Positions 55,671 through 64,000 of a DNA stretch of 64,000 nt are shown in pieces (the stretch's first letter is position 1; each line of letters opens with the position of its first letter). The position numbers and the translations under genes were made by a program. Source of the stretch: an uncultured delta proteobacterium (GTDB taxonomy: Bacteria > Desulfobacterota > WTBG01 > CAIYCZ01); the NCBI GenBank assembly GCA_963803975.1, contig CAWDOY010000014.1:128001-192000 (forward strand), given 5' to 3'. Under the pieces are notes generated by a model. That model was given only the letters and a program-made list of their open reading frames with translations. It did not search any database and was not told where the DNA came from.

Positions 55671-56511
55671 ATGCCTGCCTGTACAACTCAAATAAAGCTA
55701 TCTCCCGCAGCCATCCGCTCATTCCGCCGGAAGCTTTACCGTTACTACCGGGACCATGGCCGCACCCTTCCCTGGCGCACCACACGCAATCCCTACCATA
55801 TCCTCATTTCAGAAGTAATGCTCCAGCAGACACAGGTGGACAGGGTCGTGCAGAAGTATAATGAGTTTATCGCTGCCTTTCCTGACTTTAAGACACTTGC
55901 CAGGGCACCGCTGAGAAAAATCCTGCAGGTGTGGCAGGGCATGGGCTACAACCGGCGGGCACTGTATTTGAAAAAAATAGCTGAAGAGGTGGTGGAGACG
56001 TTTAATGGCAGGCTTCCCAAAACAGTTGAGGAGTTAATGGGGCTTCCGGGGATTGGCAGAAATACCGCGTGTTCAATTACAGCTTTTGCCTTTAACCAGC
56101 CGGTAGCCTTCATTGAAACCAATATCCGCAGCGTCTTTCATCCATTTCTTTTTCAACGACCGGGTTGATGTGCATGACCGTGAAATTCTGCCCCTGGTAG
56201 AAAAGGCCCTTGACGAGAAGAATCCGCGGCAGTGGTACTCCGCGCTCATGGACTACGGGGTGATGCTGAAGAAGACCCATCCCAATCCTTCCCGCAAAAG
56301 TGCTCACCATCAGAGGCAGTCAAAGTTCGCAGGGTCGAACCGGCAGGTGCGGGGGATGATTATAAAGTTGCTGACTGAAAGTCCCCAACTCTCTGAAGAA
56401 GAGGTTATTAAAAAACTCCGAGTTTTTTCTGCTCGAATAAAAGAGAATTTTGTTCAGCTCATAAAGGAAGGGCTTATTAAAAAGAAGGGCCAAAAATTTA
56501 TGATTGCCTGA
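55671..56511 (+). CDS. mutY: A/G-specific adenine glycosylase, short MutY-like; apparent frameshift near 56137
   Basis: LPWR, SEVMLQQTQV, WQGMGYNRRA, HhH LPGIG, ALMDYG. Confidence 0.85.
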
Positions 56512-56954
56512 GGATTATAAAAGCCACTCACCAACCAGAATCTCTTTTAATAGTGAATCAATGCTTTTATCAGCCCTTGCCCTGCGACTATTGCGGAGAT
56601 GAAGCCACACAGATCCCTCAGGTAGTCTAAAACCTTTTTCTATTTCTTTCTCTCCCGTGGAAAAGGCTGCAGCTCTACGGAGAGAATAAGTGCGACGACA
56701 AGGATCTGCTTTAGAATTTTTTCTTGATGGCCTTTTCCCCTCCTTTTGGATCTTTTAAGCTTTCTTTTATTTTAACTATAGGTCAAGGGCTTTTTCTCTT
56801 CAAAACGCTTTGTTCAAACACTTCAACTATTATTTTAGACCAATCTGCATTTTTCAAAAATTCTGATTCTTCCTTGGTAATACTGTTGCATAACTGGTAA
56901 ATTCAAAAAGTGATTTTTTTATGCTATAACCGTTTGGTATAAGGAGTGGCAGGC

Positions 56955-57494
56955 ATGCAGGTAACAATACATACTACAACCATATTTTTGTGTCAGGGTG
57001 ATATCACTGCACAACGCGTTGATGCTATGGTAAATGCGGCAAACGCTCGGCTTGCCGGTGGCGGAGGTGTTGATGGGGCAATTCACCGCGCTGGCGGCCC
57101 TGCCATTATGGACGCTTGTAGAAAAATCGGCGGCTGTCCCGCGGGTAGCGCAGTAATTACAACCGGGGGCAATCTGCCTGCCCCCCATGTTATTCACGCT
57201 GTAGGCCCGGTTTATTGCAACGGGTCATCAGGAGAGCCCGAGCTTTTGAAAAGTGTCTATAAAAGCTGTCTGAATCTTGCAGAAAAGAACCATATTAAAT
57301 CAATCGCGTTTCCCTCAATCAGCACCGGAGCCTATGGCTATCCGATAGCTGAAGCAGCGCATATTGCTCTCTCTACGGTTCTTGAACATGTAACGGGCTC
57401 AACCGGGATTGCGCGGGTAGTGTTTGTTCTCTTCAGCAGCCCGGACTTTGATGTCTATCAATCTCTTCTTGAAAAGATGACAAAACACGGCTAA
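56955..57494 (+). CDS. Macro-domain O-acetyl-ADP-ribose deacetylase (YmdB-like)
   Basis: GDIT, VNAAN..GGGGVDGAIHRAGG, FPSISTGAYGYP. Confidence 0.92.
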   Translation: MQVTIHTTTIFLCQGDITAQRVDAMVNAANARLAGGGGVDGAIHRAGGPAIMDACRKIGGCPAGSAVITTGGNLPAPHVIHAVGPVYCNGSSGEPELLKSVYKSCLNLAEKNHIKSIAFPSISTGAYGYPIAEAAHIALSTVLEHVTGSTGIARVVFVLFSSPDFDVYQSLLEKMTKHG

Positions 57495-57545
57495 TAGTTT
57501 AAGTTTGGATAGTTTATTATCCTTAATAAAAACAGGAGGATTTGT

Positions 57546-58394
57546 ATGTGGGATTATACAGATAAAGTAAAGGACCATTTTTACAATCCACGCAATGTGG
57601 GTCAAATTGAAAAGCCCGATGGTGTCGGCGAAGAAGGTTCTCTTGCCTGTGGAGATTCATTGCGGCTCATGTTTAAACTCGATAAAAACGGGCGCATAAC
57701 AGAGGCAAAGTTTCAGACCTTTGGCTGTGGCAGTGCGATTGCTTCAGCCTCTGCCCTTACGGAAATGATTCTCGGCAAGACCCTGGAAGAAGCGGAAAAA
57801 ATTACCAATCAGGATATTGCTGATTATCTTGGAGGGCTGCCGGTTGAGAAGATGCACTGCTCTGTAATGGGCCGGGAAGCTCTTGAAGCAGCCATTGCCA
57901 ATTCCCGGGGCGAAGATGTAGAGGCACTCCGGGCCCGCAAGGGACACGTGGTATGTGAATGCTTTGGCGTTACTGATAATGAAATTGTGCGGGTGATTAA
58001 GGAAAGTCGTTTAAAGACGGTCGAAGAAGTGACCAACTTTACTAAAGCTGGCGGCGGCTGCCGGCGCTGTCATCCGCAGATTGAGAATCTCATTGCCGGC
58101 GTTATCGGCATTGAGCAGAAGCAGGAAGCAGCGCAGCCGGCCGGGAAAAAGATGAGCAATATCCAAAAAATAAAACTGATTGAAGAAACCCTGGAAAATG
58201 AAATTAAACCTATGCTTCGTGCTGACGGCGGCGACATTGAACTGATTGATATTGAAGGAGACCGGGTCATGGTAGCCCTGCGCGGTATGTGTTCATCCTG
58301 CCCCAGCTCCCAGCTCACCCTGAAACAATATGTAGAGTCAAAGCTGCGCGAATTCGTTTCAGAAGATATTATCGTTGAGGAGGCCAAACCATGA
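57546..58394 (+). CDS. nifU: Fe-S cluster scaffold NifU
   Basis: MWDYTDKVKDHF; IscU-like, central CECF..CRRC and Nfu CSSC domains. Confidence 0.95.
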   Translation: MWDYTDKVKDHFYNPRNVGQIEKPDGVGEEGSLACGDSLRLMFKLDKNGRITEAKFQTFGCGSAIASASALTEMILGKTLEEAEKITNQDIADYLGGLPVEKMHCSVMGREALEAAIANSRGEDVEALRARKGHVVCECFGVTDNEIVRVIKESRLKTVEEVTNFTKAGGGCRRCHPQIENLIAGVIGIEQKQEAAQPAGKKMSNIQKIKLIEETLENEIKPMLRADGGDIELIDIEGDRVMVALRGMCSSCPSSQLTLKQYVESKLREFVSEDIIVEEAKP

Positions 58395-59573
58395 CCATAC
58401 GCACCGTCTATGCGGATAATAATGCCACGACCCGGGTAGCCCCTGAAGTGCTCGAGGCAATGCTGCCCTTTTTTAAGGAGCAGTTCGGCAATCCATCGAG
58501 CATGCATTACCTGGCAAAACCTGCTGAACAGGCGATAACAAAAGCGCGGGAGCAGGTTGCCTGCCTGCTTAATGCAGACCCTTCTGAAATAGTGTTCACC
58601 TCATGCGGAACAGAAAGTGATAATGCAGCAATTCGCGGCGTGCTGGCTGCACTGCCTCATAAAAAACATATCATAACAACCCGGGTTGAACATCCGGCGG
58701 TGAGAAATGTCTGCCAGTACCTGGGAAAAAACGGCTACCGGGTTACGGAGCTCTCCGTAGACAAAACGGGACAGATAGACCTCGATGAATTGCGCGAAAC
58801 GCTGGATGATGACACAGCGCTGGTGAGCATCATGTGGGCAAATAATGAGACCGGCGTAATCTTTCCTGTCAGAGAGATAGCAGACATGGTGAAAAGCAGG
58901 GGCGCACTTTTACATTGTGATGCAGTACAGGCAGCCGGCAAGCTTCCCATTGATTTAAGGACTGTTAATGTCGACCTGCTTTCTATTTCAGGACACAAGC
59001 TGCATGCCCCCAAGGGCATCGGCGTGCTCTACATCAGAAAGGGAACCTATTTTTCCCCGCTTATGATCGGGGGCCATCAGGAAAAGGGGCGTCGCGCGGG
59101 AACCGAAAATGTTCCCTATATTGTGGGGCTCGGGAAAGCCTGCGAACTGGCGCTTGAGCAAATGGAAGACGAGCAGACCCGGGTTAAATCTTTGCGTGAT
59201 CGGCTGGAACAGGAACTGCTGGAAAAGGCCCTTGATGCCTCGGTGAATGGTGACCCCGCGAATCGTCTGCCCAAACACCACCAGCATCAGTTTTAAATAT
59301 ATTGAGGGAGAAGCAATTCTTTTAATGCTCAGCGCTGAAGGCATTGCTGCTTCCTCGGGATCCGCCTGCACGTCGGGTTCGCTTGAGCCGTCCCATGTGC
59401 TGCGAGCCATGGGGGTCCCGTTTACACGGGTACATGGCTCCATTCGCTTCAGCCTGAGCCGCTACAATTCTGATGAAGATATTACCTATATAGTAGAAAA
59501 AATGGTGCCCATAGCACGCCGGCTGAGGGAAATATCACCGTTTGGACGGGACGAGCTGTATGCCGCAAAATAA
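58391..59573 (+). CDS. nifS: Cysteine desulfurase NifS, apparent frameshift near 59274
   Basis: DNNATT, SGHKLHAPKG; SSGSACTS in the second frame. Confidence 0.93.
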
Positions 59574-60498
59574 ACTTGCCCAGATTATAGAAAAAATCCT
59601 GGATACCTATCAGGATGATAAGGGTATAAACCACCTCGAAGGCCCTAACCTGCCCGCGCGTGAGGCGGTGGAAGAGATAGTGGTAGATCTGCTGAATGTT
59701 ATTTTCCCGGGATACTATGAAAAGCTTGAGATCAGCAGGGAAGAAGTGAGCCTTTACATTTGGGAGCGAATCGTTTCCACCTACCATAATCTATCCCGAG
59801 AAATTACCAAGAGCCTCAAAACAATCGCTGAAATGGAAAAGAAGACCGACGATGAGCTCACGACTATAGCGGTGCAGAAGACGCTTGCCTTCCTGCTGCG
59901 GCTCCCGCATGTGCGTAAAAAACTGACCGGGGATGTTGGTGCGGCCTATGACGGGGATCCGGCGGCAAAAAGCTTTGATGAGATAATTCTCTGCTATCCG
60001 GGTCTGGCAGCAATTGCCGTTTACCGTGTTGCCCACGAGCTGTATATGCTGGAGATCCCCCTCATTCCCCGGATCATGGCTGAGTTTGCCCACAGCAAAA
60101 CAGGTATCGACATTCACCCGGGGGCCTCCATTGGAGACAATTTTTTTATCGACCACGGCACCGGCGTGGTGATTGGCGAAACCTCGGTTATTGGGAATGC
60201 GGTCCGTATTTATCAGGGGGTTACCCTGGGGGCGCTCTCCTTTAAAAAGGATAAAGATGGCCGGGTCATGAAAGGCGGCAAGAGACATCCCACCATAGAC
60301 GACAATGTAGTGATTTATGCCGGAGCAACAATACTGGGCGGAGAAACAGTGGTGGGGAAGAATTCAATCATTGGTGGAAATGTCTGGCTGCTGGAATCTG
60401 TCCCCCCGAATACTACGATTACCCATCAGTCGCCAAAACTCATTTATAAGGAACTCGGGGGGGGACCTGCAGAAGAAGTATATATGTATTATATATAA
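59560..60498 (+). CDS. cysE: Serine O-acetyltransferase (EpsC-type)
   Basis: GDPAA, GIDIHPGA, FFIDHGTGVVIGET, KRHPT. Confidence 0.9.
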   Translation: MPQNKLAQIIEKILDTYQDDKGINHLEGPNLPAREAVEEIVVDLLNVIFPGYYEKLEISREEVSLYIWERIVSTYHNLSREITKSLKTIAEMEKKTDDELTTIAVQKTLAFLLRLPHVRKKLTGDVGAAYDGDPAAKSFDEIILCYPGLAAIAVYRVAHELYMLEIPLIPRIMAEFAHSKTGIDIHPGASIGDNFFIDHGTGVVIGETSVIGNAVRIYQGVTLGALSFKKDKDGRVMKGGKRHPTIDDNVVIYAGATILGGETVVGKNSIIGGNVWLLESVPPNTTITHQSPKLIYKELGGGPAEEVYMYYI

Positions 60499-60508
60499 AA
60501 AGTCATTA

Positions 60509-61721
60509 TCAACCGCCGACGGCCCCTGCCATCTTAAATATGGGCAGATACATGGCAGCAAGCATCGTACCTACGGTGCCGCCCAGAAAAACCATCATAA
60601 AAGGCTCTATAAGTGAAGTGAGTGCCTCCACCGCCGCATCCACTTCGTCATCATAAAAATCAGCAATCTTGATGAGCATTGCATCAAGCGCGCCGGTCGA
60701 CTCGCCAACTGAAACCATCTGGCACACCATACTGGGAAAGACCCCGCTTTTAGAGAGCGGTTCTGCAATTGTTTTTCCCTCGCTGATACTTAGCCTTTGT
60801 AGCCATGATAGCCTCTTCCACAATTCTGTTGCCCGCTGTTTTAGCGACAATATCCAACCCGTCGAGGATTGGCACGCCGCTGGTTATCATGGTGCCGAGG
60901 GTTCTGGTAATTTTTGCCACCGCAACTTTTCTCAGAAGCAAGCCGAAAATGGGCAGCTTCAGTGCAAGCCGGTCGAAAAAATACTCTCCCTTATCGGTAG
61001 CCCTGATCCTATTAAATGCAACCACGATGCCGACAACAATAGCTATCAGATATAAGAAGTTTCTCCGCAAAAAAGCGCTCAAATCCACCACCCCTTGAGT
61101 GAGTGCGGGAAGTTGACCGCCCAGGCTGCTGAACATTTCCTGGAACACCGGAATAACAAAGACCAGCATCACGATAACGACCACCGCAGCAATAATTAAA
61201 ATGGTCACCGGGTAGACCAGGGCGCTCTTAACCTTTGCCTTCAGTTTTTCATTTTTTTCAATGTAGGTTGCGAGCCTCTGCAATATGGTATCAAGCACGC
61301 CACCCAGCTCACCTGCGGCAACTAAACTGGTGTACAGGTTATCAAATACTTTGGGATGCTTTTTGAGGGCATCGGCAAAGGTTGCACCTGCTTCAACGTC
61401 TGTTTTTATTTGGAGGAGGATTTTTTGGAACGTTTTATTTGGTTCCTGATTGGCAAGTATTTCAAGCCCCTGGATTAAGGGGAGCCCGGCATCGATCATG
61501 GTTGACAGCTGCCGGGTAAAGAGAACCAAATCTTTTGCCGTTACCTTTGGTTGTAGCAAGGCGATATTTGCTAAAATATCCTTGGGCTTTTCCTTGATGC
61601 GCCCCAGCTGGATATTCTGTTTTCTGAGCAGCAGGCGGGCTGCCGCTTCATTGGCTGCCTCGACAGACCCTTTTTGCTGTCCTCCCTGGGAAGATTTCCC
61701 CTCCCATACATATACTGTCAT
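60509..61721 (-). CDS. pilC: Type IV pilus platform protein, apparent frameshift near 60790-60798
   Basis: FTRQLSTMIDAGLP, AGELGGVLD, VGESTGALD, YLPIF. Confidence 0.92.
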
Positions 61722-61860
61722 GTGGTGTTTCCTCTTCTCGCTGATTACTCTGCGAGTGGCAAAGAGCCACCAGAGTTTGAATGGTGCTTTAAGTTACTTT
61801 CGGCATAATACCAGAAATAATTAATTAAATTTAATTAAATCACGTGCCCCGAAACAGGGC

Positions 61861-63567
61861 TTAATCATCACGCACCGTTGTTTTCAGTACCTCTTCTAAC
61901 GAGGTCACCCCTCCCAGCAGTTTTGAGATACCGCTGCGGCGCAGGGTTTGAAGGCCCTGGTGTATCGCTTCTCGTTTAATATCAATGGCCGATGCACCTT
62001 GCAGAATGAGCTCCTTAATTGGTTCAGAAATAGGCATAACTTCATAGAGGGCAAGGCGCCCTTTATATCCGGTATTGTTACAGATATCGCAGCCCTTGCC
62101 TTTGTAAAAAGTAATATCCTTGTACTGTTCATATTCTTCTTTTTGCACGCCCAACTTGACAAAGGATTCGGGTGATATAGTAACCGGTTCTTTGCATTCC
62201 TGGCATATTTTACGAACCAGCCGCTGGGCCAAAATAAGATTAGTGGCAGAAGATACCAGAAAAGGTTCAATACCCATATTGAGAAGACGGTTGACCGTGC
62301 TGGGGGCGTCGTTGGTGTGCAGTGTGCTTAAGACAAGGTGTCCGGTAAGAGCCGCTTTTATGGCAATTTCAGCTGTTTCAAAGTCGCGGATTTCTCCCAC
62401 TAAAATTATATCAGGATCCTGGCGTAAAAATGATCTGAGGGCATTCGCAAAGGTCAGGCCAATCTCTTCATGAATCTGCACCTGATTAATGCCGGCAAGA
62501 TTAAATTCCACCGGATCCTCTGCGGTAGAAATGTTTTCGGTTGTTTTGTTAAGCTCACTGAGGGCAGAATAGAGCGTGGTGGTCTTGCCGCTGCCCGTTG
62601 GGCCTGTGACCAGTACTATCCCGAAGGGTCTATAGATGGCCTCTCGGAAGTGCCCCAGCTGTTCGTCCATAAACCCCAGCTTGGTCATATCAAGCTGCAG
62701 GTTTGATTTATCCAGAAGTCTCAGAACAACCTTTTCACCAAAAAGGGTCGGGAGAACAGAAACCCGGAAATCCATTTCCGTGTCTTTGCCCATTTTCAAC
62801 TTGATGCGTCCATCTTGAGGGAGGCGGCGTTCCGCTATGTCGAGGCGTGCCATTATTTTAAGGCGGGAAATCATAGCATTTTTCATTTTAAGCGGTGGTT
62901 TCATCATTTCATAGAGGGTTCCATCCATGCGGAACCGGATCCTGAAGGATTTCTCATAGGGCTCAACATGAATATCGCTGGCACGCTTTTTAATCGCATC
63001 AGTTAAAATAGCATTAACCAGCTTTATTACGGGAGCATCTTCGCTTGCCTCCTTGAGATTGCTTATGTTAACCGTTTCTTCTTCACCGATATATTCAACA
63101 CCCTCAGTTTCCATCCCCTCTAAAAGCGTATCAAGGCCCTTTGTAGTTCCGTAGTGCATGTCAAGCGCCTGCTTCATGGACGATTCTGAAGCGACGAGCG
63201 CTTCAATACGATAGCCAGTGAGAAATTTAATATCATCGATGGCAAAAATGTTGGATGGATCAACCATAGCAACGATCAGGGTGGTATCCCGCAAGGAGAC
63301 GGGTATGACTTGATATTTAATCGCCACATCGGTAGGGATAATTTTAATAACTTCAGGGTGAATTGCTATTTCAGTAAGATTAACCGAGGGCATGCCATAC
63401 TGTTTACTTAAAAAACGGACCAGATCAAGCTCTTTAATAAACCCCAGCTTTATAAGGCTTTCACCAAGCCGCCCCCCTGAAGCCTTCTGGTCTTCAAGGG
63501 CTTTTGCGAGTTGCTGGTTAGAAATAGTGTTATTTCTAACCAGAAGTTCGCCCAGTTTTTCTGGCAT
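61861..63567 (-). CDS. pilB: Type IV-A pilus assembly ATPase
   Basis: MshEN-like KLGELLV, ASDIHVEP, GPTGSGKTTT, RQDPD, Zn-binding Cys pairs. Confidence 0.95.
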   Translation of the reverse strand: MPEKLGELLVRNNTISNQQLAKALEDQKASGGRLGESLIKLGFIKELDLVRFLSKQYGMPSVNLTEIAIHPEVIKIIPTDVAIKYQVIPVSLRDTTLIVAMVDPSNIFAIDDIKFLTGYRIEALVASESSMKQALDMHYGTTKGLDTLLEGMETEGVEYIGEEETVNISNLKEASEDAPVIKLVNAILTDAIKKRASDIHVEPYEKSFRIRFRMDGTLYEMMKPPLKMKNAMISRLKIMARLDIAERRLPQDGRIKLKMGKDTEMDFRVSVLPTLFGEKVVLRLLDKSNLQLDMTKLGFMDEQLGHFREAIYRPFGIVLVTGPTGSGKTTTLYSALSELNKTTENISTAEDPVEFNLAGINQVQIHEEIGLTFANALRSFLRQDPDIILVGEIRDFETAEIAIKAALTGHLVLSTLHTNDAPSTVNRLLNMGIEPFLVSSATNLILAQRLVRKICQECKEPVTISPESFVKLGVQKEEYEQYKDITFYKGKGCDICNNTGYKGRLALYEVMPISEPIKELILQGASAIDIKREAIHQGLQTLRRSGISKLLGGVTSLEEVLKTTVRDD

Positions 63568-63821
63568 AAAAGACCCTTCGAGATAAGTTCTTTTTATTGC
63601 TTATTTTTCGCACACTTCGTGGCTAGCATTATTATTAATTTCAAATAATTTGTAAAGAGTTTTTCTTGTTGAATAATCTTGACTTTTTTTTTATTAACCT
63701 TTAGTTTAAGTTTTTTACCAAACAGTCGATTTATTGGCTGGGGCAAAAAATCTGTCTGATATTATATCATAATCAACGCGTGCGTTACCTAATTGCCTGC
63801 GTCGCCTAAAAAAGTCATTTC

Positions 63822-64000
63822 ATGAAAAAAAATATTATTATTGGCTGCATTATAAGTGCCATCTTTATTTTTCTTGCCGTGCGAGGAATAAACTTTTCAG
63901 ATGTCATGAAAAGTTTTCGCTCGGCAAACTACCTCTATGTTATACCCATTGAACTTCTAATGGTTCTGGTTCTCTATATGCGCGCTTATCGCTGGGGCAT
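63822..64000 (+). CDS. Lysylphosphatidylglycerol-synthase-TM/flippase-like membrane protein (runs off the 3' end)
   Basis: Manual translation MKKNIIIGCIISAIFIFLAVRGINF...RAYRWG. Confidence 0.7.
   Translation, partial: MKKNIIIGCIISAIFIFLAVRGINFSDVMKSFRSANYLYVIPIELLMVLVLYMRAYRWG

Noticed and set aside
36620..60800. Programmed ribosomal frameshifting in cysS, nifS, pilC and others
   Set aside because: No shared slippery heptamer or stimulatory structure; the pattern fits homopolymer sequencing error

Overview
Chromosomal window from an anaerobic bacterium, probably deltaproteobacterial/Desulfobacterota-like (inferred from gene content and repeat types). Housekeeping blocks: parA-parB-gyrB-gyrA-gpsA-lptF-lptG-metK; dacA-kdsB-pyrG; cysS; bioF-bioH-bioC; nifU-nifS-cysE; pilB-pilC. 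The main candidate novel system (11.3-18.3 kb) is a TetR-headed redox operon: small ferredoxin, PorD-like subunit, degenerate PorB-like protein, NuoE/F/G-like module with no hydrogenase or formate dehydrogenase catalytic subunit, and a geranylgeranyl-reductase-family flavoprotein. An accessory zone (19.6-29.4 kb) holds secreted proteins, a GC-rich TPAT/TRAP transporter and several relics missed by the ORF track: a VapC fragment, an internally collapsed WYL gene, a Tat/TSP3 stub and a group IIC intron 5' stub. A CoA-metabolism cluster (47-55.6 kb) contains a P-loop-less CaiC-like pseudo-ligase and MITE-like repeats. Seven genes beyond 36 kb, including cysS, each carry one extra base in a short homopolymer, most likely sequencing error. 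No rRNA, tRNA or CRISPR array was seen. All family assignments come from motif recognition by eye; no database searches were run.
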